63,016 bases of DNA, filler included, from Lenisia limosa (GCA_001655205.1; 11 parts of 11 records of this genome joined end to end with filler, not necessarily neighbours in it), one strand, 5' to 3'. Shown: positions 25,642 through 38,323, counted from the first letter of the whole stretch. The notes: generated from the sequence alone by a model not told the origin. Made by a program: numbers and translations.

Positions 25642-27590
25642 ATGGAGGCGGAAACGATTGATGAAGCTGACCTTGGTGAGATCCAGGACCTTGCATCTGA
25701 GTTGATGGACGATCTTCCTGATGAACATGAATGGTCGTCTTCAGACGATGACGGCGCTGGTGAGAATTATGGCATTATTGTTCTTGTATTGATACTGACA
25801 TAGATATGTTGGCTGAGGCAGGTGTTTTGCTTTCTTCTTGACAGTTTCAGGTTTGATTGTCATCGGCGAAGTCGATGATGAGATGATTGGCTTCGATATG
25901 GAGGATGAAATGATGAATTATCCACCATTAGAGGAAGAAGGGGAGGAGAAGGAGGAAGAGGAAGATGATGAGGAAGTCGAGGAAACCAAAAACGTCCAGT
26001 GAGCCATCTGCTTCTCTTTACCTGTCATTTGGCATGTAATTTTTTTATATAATGGTGTAGACTCGTGCAGGACCGGGTGCTCCAGTCCTTACTTCCAAGT
26101 ATGGATAACATTGACTCTGAGACTATTGTTAGTTGGGGGAGCCTTTGGATGTTTAAACTCTTTGAAAATACAGGTTGGGAAGGTGGTTTATACATATTGT
26201 CGTGAGGGATGAAGAAGATCCTTCTTTAAACTCCTCTACTTACTATGTTCTCCATTCCCAGTTGTCATCATAGTAATCGTTTGATATCACAGAGTGTTTT
26301 TGTTGTTGTTTTTTTTTTGTTTTTTGTTTTTTGTTTTTTTTTCAGCTCTGTGGCTTCAACATAGCCAACTTTGGTGCCATTCGCAATTTAGATGATAATA
26401 TATCTGCATTTTTTTTTTTTCGATGAGTTGACAGACAAACAAATACCAAGTGACAATGGATTCCATTGCCCCCCCCCCCCNNNNNNNNNNNNNNNNNNNN
26501 NNNNNNNNNNNNNNNNNNNNNNNNNNNNNNNNNNNNNNNNNNNNNNTCCAACGTCGTTGCTGTCGAGGATGAAGAGACCCACGTGGAAGCGGAAGTTCCT
26601 GGTATGCCAAAGGGAAATATTGCTTCAGAACCAATATTTCGTGATTTATTTCCTTTTCCTTACTTTTTATTCTGTTTCACCCCAAGCCTTCTCAACCCTC
26701 GTTGTTATCAGCCAACAGAGTTGATTTTGGGCTTTTTTTTTGTTGTTGTTTAAATTTTCCAATTTTACTCCCTAAGCCACGACAATCGAACCATACCATC
26801 CGCCACCAATGATTTCCGATGTTTCAATTGAGGAAGAAGCGGCTGAGGAGGAGGAGGAGGAAGAGGGAGATGGTGGGTCGTGTTGCATCTAACAATGGGA
26901 AACACACTGTCCTGATGGGATAGGTTCTAATTATTGCACAAGTGTTTATCTGTCACAACACGCTGTCATAACTGGCGTAGAAATGGACCGTATGATTGCC
27001 AGTATGACTGGAGTGGCCCAGGAGGCTATGATGGAGGAGAACGAGAGAGGCGAGACTGTTGACCAATGTAAGCCTCTTTTTTTTGTGATACACATTGCCT
27101 CATCTTTGTCAAGGAGAAATGACTAATCTGTATATCTACAATATTGTATTTTTCACAGTATTGCACAATATATTATTTTCTTCTACCTCATCTTCTTTTT
27201 TTTTTTTTCCTTACCTTTGCCAATTGAATACTTTACCACCACCCCGTTATTGCTTGGTTTTATTGTTTTTTTGTTTGGAGTTTCAGATTATTCGTTCGTG
27301 ATTTCTAGCTTACGCTATTATTCTTCATCAAAATTTCCTTCGTTTTACGTACGAGTGATGGGATGCGGTGCTTTGTTTATCAACCCTCGTGTGTCATCAG
27401 CCAACAGTTGATTTTGGGCTTTATTTTTTTGTTAAATTTTCCTATTTCACCCCCCCCCCCCCNNNNNNNNNNNNNNNNNNNNNNNNNNNNNNNNNNNNNN
27501 NNNNNNNNNNNNNNNNNNNNNNNCTCGCGACCCGAACAGTAAAGAAGAAGACCAACAGTCCAATGAAAGGAAAGAAGCGCGGTGCCTATG
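25642..27590 (+). CDS. Acidic low-complexity hypothetical protein
   Basis: Exons MEAETIDEADLGEIQDLASELMDDLPDEHEWSSSDDDGA, GLIVIGEVDDEMIGFDMEDEMMNYPPLEEEGEEKEEEEDDEEVEETKNV, SNVVAVEDEETHVEAEVP, TTIEPYHPPPMISDVSIEEEAAEEEEEEEGD, EMDRMIASMTGVAQEAMMEENERGETVDQ. Confidence 0.75.
26690..26776 (+). repeat. Family C repeat flush with a 3' splice site
   Basis: CAACCCTCGTTGTTATCAGCCAACAGAGTTGATTTTGGGCTTTTTTTTTGTTG..AAATTTTCCAATTTTACTCCCTAAG|exon. Confidence 0.85.
27260..27462 (+). repeat. Family C repeat, long form
   Basis: GTTTCAGATTATTCGTTCGTGA..ATTCTTCATCAAAATTTCCTTCG..GATGGGATGCGG..CAACCCTCGTGTGTCATCAGCCAACAGTTGATTTTGGGCTT..TTTCACCCCC then gap before an exon. Confidence 0.8.
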
Positions 27591-27621
27591 CAGTGGGTGC
27601 GGTTGAGGAGTGAAGAAGTAT

Positions 27622-27748
27622 ATTGTGTTGTTGCATGCTGTTATCCCAGTGATGAGGAGTGAAGTACATTTTGTTGTTGCATGCATGCTGTTATCCCTAT
27701 TTTGTTGTTGCATGCATGTTGTTATCCCTATTTTGTTGTTGCATGCAT
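27622..27748. repeat. Degenerate minisatellite at contig end
   Basis: TTGTTGCATGC..GTTATCCC repeated. Confidence 0.75.
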
Positions 27749-27848
27749 NNNNNNNNNNNNNNNNNNNNNNNNNNNNNNNNNNNNNNNNNNNNTTAATTAA
27801 TTAANNNNNNNNNNNNNNNNNNNNNNNNNNNNNNNNNNNNNNNNNNNN
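27749..27848. other. Artificial contig-joining spacer
   Basis: Same structure. Confidence 0.97.
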
Positions 27849-28189
27849 CGCTTGACCAAACAGTTGCCACAAAAAAAAACAGCCCAGTCTGCATGCAAGA
27901 TTCTTGTGTACAATCTTAACATCATTTTAATTTACCAAATAGCTATAATATTACAAACACAATACGGTAACAGTAAATATTGTCAAATAGGGATGAAAAT
28001 ACATTTTTACACACTAGTATATGAAGTAGTTACCTTTTTCTCAACATTTAGAACCACAGTTATCGACATTATCAGATTGCAAAAGAGAATGTATCCATTG
28101 TTCAATTCCATTGTTATTTGAAAAGGGACAATATAGGGAACATATGAAGCAATACTAATTGAAGTATTCTGTTGTATCTCCTGATCACT

Positions 28190-30727
28190 GGCTTACTGAG
28201 GTTGTGGTGCCGTGCTGCACACCGTCTATGTGGAAATCAGGAGTCATCATCACGTAGTGAAAGTCTCCAGCACTGGAGGAGGGAGAAAAATGTGATATTT
28301 ATAAAAACTAAGCGGTAAAATACTCTTATTGATGAGAAATATTGAAAAAATTGAAGAGAGTATGAATACATACACAGTGACGTCGGAGTGGGTTCTACAG
28401 TAGATCTTAAGACCGCTGCTGGTCGGAATCGCATTTCCTCGACACTGGAGAATGAGCAAGGAATACAACACAAATGAGGACGTTTAATAATTTTAATGAT
28501 AAGAAAAGGGTCATGTATTGGGAAAGAACCATGTTTCTTGAAATCAATACCTCCAGGTCACAAACCATATTACTGGCAGTACCCGTTTTTGAGTCACTCT
28601 AAAAAGATGAAACACTTGTCAAACGAAATATGTTGGAGTTCTGATGGATCGACAATAACACATCGGTTCCCATTCCAAATTCGAGTGTTTTATTTTCATA
28701 TTCCAAAATTGCTTCACGTAAAGATACAGAATATTTTTGCCCAACTAACTGGTAAAAATACTCTGAAAAATATGGTAATTGAACTATATGGATCCCTGTT
28801 TAAAAACCATTATCCCCATACGGTGGCAGTGAGGAAGTACTGGGCAGTGTCCAGTGAAATAACTGTGCTGCTCAATACACAGTCGATGCAAAAGGAGTTC
28901 TTCTCTCCAACCTACAGTCATTAAGTTTATATGTAACCAATGGCAGACTTGTGAACGGAGATAGTATGAGGATTTGACTAGTCGGTCAATTATCACACGT
29001 GAATATGAAAATGACTCAATAGCTTCTACAGTCAAAGATATCATTACCAGTAATCTCATGATCAGAAAACAGAAAAAAGTGGATTGAGCCAAACAGTGAG
29101 GTATACCTTGAAGTACAAGTCTGACGCATGGGTTTGGGGCATACTAAACTGGAAAACACTAAGCTTTTCAGGAGCAACTTCAGTCTGGACAGTTAAGGGG
29201 AAAGGATCCGACATAGGTAGCTCCAGAGACATTTTCTTGTTAACTGAACAAAAATTACTCTCCCTTCCATCGTGAAAATACTAAAAAAAGATCCAAATCT
29301 AATTGAACTCACCCCTCCGTGTTTCCTTGTCCAAAGATACTGCGTGTCCCCATGAATCAAGGTGGGGATAATTCTGAATTGTGAGTTTGTTTAGGGGCCG
29401 TGGTTGCTTTGTTTTTAAAGGTTGTGGTCAATATTGTCTTATTATCGGCAACAAATGGCTTAACTCTCAATCTATAGATAGTCCAAATGACTCACCCCCT
29501 CTCCAACATACAGCTCAGATGAATGTGTGGCTTGAGCCAAGATGGAGTTGGAATATCCTAAAGTTGGCGGAGCAGATATTATTTGGTACTCTGATGGAGC
29601 ATCCTGAAATGAGACGGTTAGGGATTTCTTTTGTTAATACAATCAACTCTATTTGCCATATAGTACATACTGTATACTGATTGTGGAGGAGGGGTGTACA
29701 TATGTTTGATGGCGAGAATCTAAATTACGAAGGGGTGAAACATAAGCAGTTAAAAGCTGAGGCGAATCAAACCACTTACCACAGCGAAGACATTGAGGAC
29801 TGCTTGGTGCTAAAGAATCAAAGATGCTGCTAGTACATAGGGAGCCACAAAGTTGATAATAACCAATTCAAAAGTGAATCTTCCAACAAACCCTGGAGAG
29901 GATCTTGAGTGTCTCATTTAACTTTGCCTAAATAGTAAATATCGACATGGCTGACACGGTGTTACACAATGTAGCAGAAGCATTCCAACGCGTCGACTTC
30001 ATTACATTATTGGTAATAGAAGTAATATAGAGAAAGTTCAGACTTTACAAGGCCAACCTCTATTACGTTCAATCTCTCTTCAAGGTAGATCTAAAAACGT
30101 TAACAAACAATAGCACGTGAAGATTGTATACTACATGTTCATTGCATTTAAAATGGATTCCCTTATTCTAATAAAAATATCCATGGAACACTACCTTGTT
30201 TACAACGTCAAAATCATGACTTGCCTCCTTGATGACGCTGAACACAATAACAGAATAGACAGAAACTCACATTGTATGTCATTATTCTGAATGATTTGTG
30301 ACAATTATTCTGGACATGATATGTTATGAAAGAAAGAGAAAACAAAAGTGACAATACGACAGTTTTCATAAATACGTAGTGTGAAGCGGACCAGAGTTCC
30401 AGAATCAGTGGACCTGCTATGTTGCAATATTCTTTCGGAGAAAGGTTGAAACTGAAACTAATCGCCACCAAAACACCACACAATTAATCGCCACCAAAAC
30501 ACCACACAATTAATTCAAATAACCATTAATATAATAGGAAAATCGAAGAGTGGTCTGTGCTTTCAATACAAGGCACAGAGAAGATAACTATTCGACAGTT
30601 ATCCGAAAATAGGTAAATAGTCTTACCGAAGTTCATCTTGAAGCAAAGTACCATCCGAACTAAGGTGAAAGGATTGCCCGATACAGAGCCCAAAGAGCAC
30701 AAAGAAACATAGGATAGTCCCTTTCAT
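28190..30727 (-). CDS. Secreted multi-exon hypothetical protein, 5' part
   Basis: Signal peptide MKGTILCFFVLFGLCIGQS...DELR|gtaag at 30727; exons GYSNSILAQATHSSELYVGEG, TEVAPEKLSVFQFSMPQTHASDLYFK, VGEKNSFCIDCVLSSTVISLDTAQYFLTAT, AGDFHYVMMTPDFHIDGVQHGTTTS. Confidence 0.65.
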
Positions 30728-31232
30728 TGTCATTTTTGTTGCTTTGGAGGAGCCTAGTGAAAATGAAACTACATCCTCTAAATCAGAGGAAATACAGGTT
30801 ACATGCAAAAATGTAGCCTGCCTTTTTCTTTTTTTAAAAAATTATTAAACATTTGTGCAATTGCTGGGAGGAATAAAAGGAATAAAGAAGACAAAGAACC
30901 AAAGAACACAGACATGACATACTTGAGATTTGTATCTTCTGCACCTCTTCTCTTCACTTTTCTTTCCTTCTTCTCCTTTTTTTTTGTTTCATTCAGGCGA
31001 AGAGCAAAGGAGGAAGGCTATTTGGTTGTTGTGTTGCGCTAAAAATACCGACATCTGCAGGGTTTATATCGACCTCTTGTTAACCAAAAAAAATGGCCGT
31101 TTTTCGACCTCTTTTGGGTTAACTAAGCTAGTAACTTGGTATTTAGACACCCTCAGACACAGCGCTTTAACGTTCAAAAAGTTTAATTTCTGTTGACTGT
31201 TCTTACACTGCCTTGCCGGCTTAATCAAGACA

Positions 31233-32050
31233 ATGAACGGGTTTGCTAATCATATTATTGGAGTTTACTGTACTTTTGCCATCATGGTGAGATCTCAACT
31301 GCTTTCTGTGAGGGAAGTGATGCTTGATTTAGACTTTGTCTTGCTTGATAACTCATGAACACGTGGTATTGACGACTCGGAAGGCTTAAAAGCCTCTCAC
31401 CAATTTCATGAACCGTGTGTTCTGTTGTCAAGCTGGCAGGCTCAAGTCTAATCGAGCTTTTGAGCAGCTAATCATGGTGGCACACCATTTACTTGCCATT
31501 TTTCTAACCTGTGTCTGATCTCTCTCACTCGAACTGTAGATACCCAAGTAGTGGAGGCTATGGTACGTGCGGGTTAAGTTGCCAAAGCTGACTGCATAAA
31601 TTCAAAGTGATCGTGCTTTTTTCTCACTCTCTGGCAACTCAACCGAATCCATGACCTTTTAGGAGGATACAGCGGTGGTGGCGGAGGCTACGGAGGTGGT
31701 GGTGGAGGCTACGGCGGAGGAGGAGGATACGGCGGAGGAGGAGGAGGCTTTGGAGGTGGATTCTGTGAGCAGGGCTTCTCTCTCCTTCCCGCCTCCTTGT
31801 TATGGCGTTTTCAAGCATATATAAGAACAATAGCGAGCACGCAATTCTCTCAAGGAACCTTTTCTGTTGACCTCCGTCGATCACATCCTTCGCTCACCCC
31901 TTAGCTGGAGGAAGCCTCGGCAGCAACCTGCGCACTCCCAACTTCGAGAACCTCATGAAGTTCGAGAAGAACTTCTACGTTGAACACGACGCTGTCAAGG
32001 CCTGCACCGACCAGGACGTCCAGGCTTACAGAGACAAACACGAGATCAAG
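31233..32050 (+). CDS. DBP2: DEAD-box RNA helicase DBP2/DDX5/DDX17, N-terminal part
   Basis: Gly/Tyr-rich N-terminus (GGYSGGGGGYGGGGGGYGGGGGYGGGGGGFGGGF) then GGSLGSNLRTPNFENLMKFEKNFYVEHDAVKACTDQDVQAYRDKHEIK; FEKNFY-EH is the p68/Dbp2 hallmark. Truncated. Confidence 0.92.
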
Positions 32051-32259
32051 GTCAGTTGCCCTCTTGTTTCGTGATTATCTCACTGTCAGAGTTGTCTCAC
32101 ACGTTTAGATCTTTGGAGAAAACGCACTCCGTCCTGTCAGAAACTTCCAGGAGGCCAACTTCCCATGTAGGAGGCTTGGTGGTGATGACCGTTATGGGTC
32201 AGTCTAGCTGTCCAACATGCTTCACTCATTCCACCCCCGAATATATGGTCTCATTGGGC

Positions 32260-32359
32260 NNNNNNNNNNNNNNNNNNNNNNNNNNNNNNNNNNNNNNNNN
32301 NNNTTAATTAATTAANNNNNNNNNNNNNNNNNNNNNNNNNNNNNNNNNNNNNNNNNNNN
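32260..32359. other. Artificial contig-joining spacer
   Basis: Same structure; truncates DBP2. Confidence 0.97.
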
Positions 32360-32789
32360 AGTACGAGCATCCAGGGCCCGTCCGATCGGTCCATGTCGCA
32401 ATAAGCCGGAAAAGTCTCATTCTTATGGACGGAGAGAATATCGAAGACACCTGACGTGAAACCTAGCAAGAGGGTTAGTTAGCTGCGCTATGAATTTAGT
32501 CTTGAAACTAGGATTATAAAGATCCAGCGGTTGAACTGACTCAATTTTAGTGTTGTGTCTTGTGTCTAAACAGAAAGGTATCATAGGCACACAAAGGTTG
32601 AAGGGAAACACAATTTAGGTGTATGAGGAGCTTGACAAATTCGAAGATTGATCGGTATCTTGCGAGAACAAGAAAAAAGCTGCATAGTATCACATGGCAC
32701 CTGATGATGCGTCACCGTGTAAATTTGTGTTGCGATGAAGGTTTCCCTACGGTCCGAAAAGAGACTTAATTTCGATAAAACCTCAACCC

Positions 32790-34306
32790 TCACCTCTATC
32801 TTTGAGTTCACTGCAGGATGAAGCCACTCTACTTGCCTTCTCAATAAACGTCTCGTTGAGTGATGACAACCGGGCGTCCAAGCTGATTTGTAGTTAAATT
32901 ACTTGGTGAATCGAAACATGAATACAGTGAAACAACTTCGTACAACAGACAAACCCCCAAAAATGCCCCAAGTACCATGCCCCCCCCCCCCAACACCCAC
33001 AAGAGATCTCCCCCAGTCACAAAATACCCATAGAGAGACAATAAAATACCAATAGAGAGACAATAAAATACCCATAGAGAGACAACAAAATACCCACAGA
33101 GAGATTTTCTCCTCCAGCCGGGCCTCAAGCTCAGAAAGTGCCGCGACAGTGACGGGTGAAGTCGGGTGTGAGCCGGAAGGGACAGATAATGACTCGTCAC
33201 TCTTCATTCTATGGAGGGGGGGGGGGGGGNNNNNNNNNNNNNNNNNNNNNNNNNNNNNNNNNNNNNNNNNNNNNNNNNNNNNNNNNNNNNNNNNNNNNNN
33301 NNNNNNNNNNNNNNNNNNNNNNNNNNNNNNNNNNNNNNNNNNNNNNNNNNNNNNNNNNNNNNNNNNNNNNNNNNNNNNNNNNNNNNNNNNNNNNNNNNNN
33401 NNNNNNNNNNNNNNNNNNNNNNNNNNNNNNNNNNNNNNNNNNNNNNCTATCACAAAAAAAAAACCAATCAGCTCTGGTTCATTAGATAGGTGGTATTCTT
33501 CTGTCTGGATTTTAGTACCAAAGTGAAGACCTCATACTCCCACATAGAGTTGTCAGGTATCTTGACCCTGAATTACGATCGTAAGACCAACTTTTGTCAA
33601 ATTAATGAAAGAAGATAGTGAGAGTTCATCCCGAGTATATCAGAGTATATTTGAGACTTGTCGGTCAATTATCATACAAGTGGGTATGAGGTGTCATATC
33701 ACTGTGGAAAATAGTTCATACGTGTGAAAAGGACCAAAAATACAAGGAGATGGTATCTAGGCCTCTGTGCAATAATGTTTCTAATATATTAACTTTTTTC
33801 GACAGTTAAGGATCTCCAGAGATCCCACTAAGGGACCGTTCGAATTTTACGAAAATTGACGTGAAATCTGTGTACCCGAACACCCGAACGGTCCCTAATA
33901 TAGACTAGCCCGCTCGCAAGTAAGACTAGCCATGGTTCAACGTTTTAGGACAAGGTCTGTTGAAGAGGTATATCTCTTCAACACCTTGGTTGTTTAAAGT
34001 GTTTATTGTCGAAATAAAACTGTCTGACTTGGCATTCTCATACAATATGTCTTCCTTCAAATACTAAACAATTGAATTAGTGCTGCACAGACTCCTAGCA
34101 AGGATATATATATATATACTAATTAAGAATAAATATACATCCTAGGTCCTTGTATTTTTATCCAATCAACTTTTTCTTGTCAAAACCTGTCATGTTATAA
34201 TACCAATCACTTTTGTTTGTTACTATGACCCCTCTTACAAGATACTTGCACCCGATAGCATCACCAGATGAAGACCTAAACACAGCAACAAGACGGTTTT
34301 CATCAT
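32790..34306 (-). CDS. Hypothetical protein with signal peptide and coiled-coil-like exons
   Basis: MMKTVLLLCLGLHLVMLSGASIL|gtaaga at 34306; exons MKSDESLSVPSGSHPTSPVTVAALSELEARLEEKISL and LDARLSSLNETFIEKASRVASSCSELKDR. Confidence 0.55.
33020..33105. repeat. 22-bp minisatellite x~4
   Basis: CCCATAGAGAGACAATAAAATA. Confidence 0.85.
33831..33896. mobile_element. Candidate second mini-MITE (66 bp)
   Basis: Perfect 12-bp inverted repeat AGGGACCGTTCG ... CGAACGGTCCCT; single copy seen in this window. Confidence 0.45.
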
Positions 34307-34682
34307 GATTCCTGAGACGACTAGAGCACGGAGAGGAACAGTGACGAGAGCAAGGAGAGGGGGGGGGGGCGATTGAGGGAAATGTGCTCTTTCCACGCTT
34401 ATTATTTAATTATTTATTAACTCTTATAATTACGAAGCTGTGCGAGAACGAGAACCCGCGGAGCAATTTTGGTATTTCCCGGGCCGTAGCGACCCCTTTT
34501 TACCCAAAAACATTCCGCCCTTTATCCACTTTTAAACCTATCCCATAGCACATTGTATCGTTAAGAAGATTTTACATCTAAAAATATCACGTTCATCTCA
34601 TTAGCTACCAACACCCTCCCACAGCCGCAACCTGCCATAAACACCTTTTCCATTCCTTTGAAGATCAAGCCCACGGGAAGCG

Positions 34683-37600
34683 ATGGGCCATCTCAATATT
34701 CGGGGTTCAGACCCCTCATTCTCCCCTCAAAGTCTCAAGTAAGGGGAGGGTAATGTTGTGTCGATCATGATGATGGAGGTTGATCGAGTCAGTCTTGTGT
34801 TTGCTTTTTAATGTGAAGTATTCAAGTCATAATCCCCTTATTTAGGGTATTCATTCTTATTATTATGAGGAGAGTATATGGTGGAGAGTGTGTGGAGAAT
34901 TAAAACTTCCCTTTCGGTTCCAAAAGACATATATATCATATGTCAATCATCGGATTTTTGGCTCAACCAAATATGAGTTCTACTTTGTTTTTGAACCAGT
35001 AGTAAAAAAAAAGAAGCTTAAAGTTGTATTTTTAGAACAGTTTTTGAAAAATAGAGGGTTCATCTACGAGTTCAAAAACAAGTGGACCTTATATTTAGAC
35101 AAGCCGAATTTTGTTGCACTTTCTTGAAGTAAAGTCTCTATTGAAACTAGTTGACTGTACACAAAGAAAAGCCTTTTGTTGAGGACTTGTAGTAAAGTCA
35201 GTTTTGTTTGAAATCCCATTTTACTGTGTTCATGTTGTTGTTTTAGGCCTCTTTTTTTATTTTCTATCCTTTTATTTTCCAAATGCCAACAGGGTTGATT
35301 CTGGGGTTTTGTTTTGTTTTAGAAATTGTTCATATTTACTCTCGTTTGTTTCATAAATTTTCCAATTTCACTCCATCTTTTTTCCCCCAGTTTTATAATT
35401 TTCCATATTTCCTCCGCCTTTTTGTGTCATCTGGTTTTGTCTAGTTTAAATGTTGGTTGCTTAAGTTTGTTATTGCTTCGGTTTTGTTTGTGTGAAGTTT
35501 CAGATCATTCGGTTCGTGATTGTACCCTTACGCCATTATTCTTCATCGAAATTTCCTTCGTTTCACCCAACAAAGTTGATCGGGGCTTTGTTGTTTCATA
35601 AATTTTCCAATCTTACTCCCCACCCCCCAGTACAATGACTTCATCTCGCCCCGCCAATCTCTGGGGTAACGTTCCGTCGCAGGTATGTCATCCACAAAAG
35701 GGTAAAGTTTTTTTTTATTATTATTTATTATGTTTTTTGCTGTTTGTGCATCTGAAGCAAACCAAAAACAATACAACAGCAATATTGCTGTTACTCTCTG
35801 CTATTTTGTGGAAATGGAATAAAACAACGCATTGTTACGATTTTAGGTCGAAGCTCCTCCTCCATCCGACAGACATCCCATGGGCGATCCTAGTTTGAAT
35901 AACCAGAAGTTAGCTGGGGAGTAAGTTATCTGGGGAATAGTCTGAAGTGGCGTGGAGGAATAAACATAATGAATTAATAAGTTAGCCACACTATGACTGC
36001 CTATAGCTGCATCAGTATTCATGTTTGTGTATTCATTCCATTCATAACTTTATTTGACATATTTCTAACTGTCTGTAGTCAGAGTCGCTCGCATCCCCAA
36101 CTCGCGGGCCCTAGTGGACTAGTCGGCCCCCAGGATCCAATATTTAGTGGCCATGTCAGAAATCGAGCCGATGGTGAGTGTCATAAGTAGGGCTTCCCGA
36201 CGGTCCAAAAAAGACCATCAAAACATCGATATCTCTCGAGTTTATCGAGAAATTGAGTTTTTTTGGGAACGAAGGGAAGCCTTAGTCATAATCCCTAGAT
36301 CCGTATTTAAGTAGCTCTTTATCATACATATCTAGGGGTTCCCTACGGTCCCAAAAGAGACCGAATTCCTCGATATATCCTCGATAAATATCGATATTTA
36401 TATGGTCTTTTTGGGACCGTAGTAGGGAAGCCCTACATATATCTCATTGGATCCTAAACAACAATGAACAACCCAAAGCTTGGTCCTTTTGACTCTGAGG
36501 ATCATCATAATCCCTAGATCCACAGCGCTTTACTAATAATCCCCGGATCTGATTATCATAACAAAATAGTATTATATCTGCAGCCCTTCCACCATCTTAA
36601 TCATATACATCCTTTCAATTCAAGACTTATTTGAGAATAACAACTCAATGTTTCCTTTAATTCTTTTTTAAGTTCCAAAGCTTTTAAAACACGTTTTATG
36701 ATGTTCCACATTTAGAGCTTCACTACGATCCCCAAAATACTGGTAAAATTTCGATATTTATCGAGGATTAATTACACGTTTTTGAAACAACTGAAGCTCA
36801 GTCCACATTCCTTTATGACACTTTTAGATGGAAGCATCGATGACGCAAGGCCTTTGTAAGTAGGGGTAGCTGTAGGGCTTCGCTTCGGTTCGAATAAAAC
36901 TTGGAGAATATTGATAGAGGATTATTGAGAAATTCAGTTTCGAACCGAAGTGAAGCCCTAGGAGTGGTGGTGGTAGTGAAGAGATAAGAAAGAAAACCAA
37001 CTTCCCTGATCCTTGGGTTTCATGTTTTCCGTCTGTTAAAAATAACCACAAATTTGGCTATTATTTTGACCACCAGGGGAGTTCCTCCGGGCGCTCGCTA
37101 CGACCCCCCAGCCCCCCATTTCGCCCCCCAACCAGGCATCCCAGGTATACTATGGGTTTCAATTTGATCCCTCGATAATTATCAATAAATCATGATAAAT
37201 ATGGATTGTATTTTCGGGCTTTTTCTGTGGATATTCTTTGTGTAAGTCAACCGTTGGATCTCTATGATCTTAATTTCAACAGACTTTACTGCAAAAAAAG
37301 CTTTTTCTAACCAACTGAAGCTCTTACTCTGATGTTTTTCAGATTTTGACGGATATGTCCCCCCAGGTTACCCCCTACATCCAGATGGTGGACCCCTGGT
37401 TTGTTCGGGGTTACGGAAATTATAATTGATATCCCTGATTAGTGTGATGGTGTGGACGATTTTTGCCATATCCCCCTTTATCATGGTTTATTTCTATACA
37501 GTAATATATCATAGTTTATATAATGTATTATATATTGACAGATAATATAACATATTATGATTTGACTAGATATAATCTAGGTACACTGTAAATTTGATAG

Positions 37601-37952
37601 AATCGTTGAGGTCTCTTATAGTATATATTATTTCTAATCTCAATAATATGTGATTATACATTGATCTTGTTTCTGATTTCTTATAGAATCGTCGAGGGCG
37701 CGGGGCGGCAATAGACCCCCTAACCGGGCTTCCTGCAATTGATCCTGTTACAGGTGTGTGGTTTTCCTTAATTGTTTATAGGGAGGGAGTATTTCCCCAT
37801 TATAAGGGGGGGGGGTACAGTAGTTGAACCTCTAACAAGGGATTTATGTGCCAATAAAAATAAGTGTATATTTGTTTTTGTTTTTTACTATCTAGGGAAA
37901 CCCCTCGAAATTGACCCTCGAACTGGGCAGCCATTCCAACAGCCTCCCACAG
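34683..37952 (+). CDS. PSMF1: PI31-like proline-rich proteasome regulator (C-terminal motifs present, FP domain not found), 3' truncated
   Basis: Exons give ...QLAGPSGLVGPQDPIFSGHVRNRAD and GVPPGARYDPP, matching the PI31 G-x-x-VGP-x-x-P-x-F and PPGARFDP motifs, then AIDPLTGLPAIDPVTGKPLEIDPRTGQP. Confidence 0.7.
35240..35630 (+). repeat. Two tandem family C copies, the second flush with a 3' splice site of the PI31-like gene
   Basis: GCCAACAGGGTTGATTCTGGGG..TTTCATAAATTTTCCAATTTCAC and AAGTTTCAGATCATTCGGTTCGTG..ATTCTTCATCGAAATTTCCTTCG..CAACAAAGTTGATCGGGGCTTTG..TTTCATAAATTTTCCAATCTTACTCCCCACCCCCCAG|exon. Confidence 0.8.
36190..36958. mobile_element. Cluster of four family A MITEs in PI31-like introns (36190-36282, 36335-36433, 36715-36799, 36875-36958)
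   Basis: Each has GGGCTTC/GGGGTTC...GAAGCCC-type TIRs, mostly TA flanks, and the shared TTTATCGAG core. Confidence 0.85.
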
Positions 37953-38165
37953 GTAAGAATTGTTGGAAATATGGACACCGTGCAGTTAATTGAAAAATTA
38001 TACTTTTATCATTTGAAGTGGGATATTTTGTAAAGTGAACTCAATTTCAGACACTTTCATTTCAATTTGTCAATTCTTTAAAAATTATGCATGGAGTGCC
38101 AGAAATTATCAACCATTGAGAAGATAGTATATCCTTCACGTGAGAAAGATCCATCCCCCTCCCAT

Positions 38166-38265
38166 NNNNNNNNNNNNNNNNNNNNNNNNNNNNNNNNNNN
38201 NNNNNNNNNTTAATTAATTAANNNNNNNNNNNNNNNNNNNNNNNNNNNNNNNNNNNNNNNNNNNN
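38166..38265. other. Artificial contig-joining spacer
   Basis: Same structure. Confidence 0.97.
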
Positions 38266-38323
38266 AGACTGAGGGGTGGAGTAAAAGACTGAGGGGTGGA
38301 GTAAAAGACTGAGGGGTGGAGTA
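38266..38323. repeat. 20-bp tandem repeat x3 at contig start
   Basis: GACTGAGGGGTGGAGTAAAA. Confidence 0.85.
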
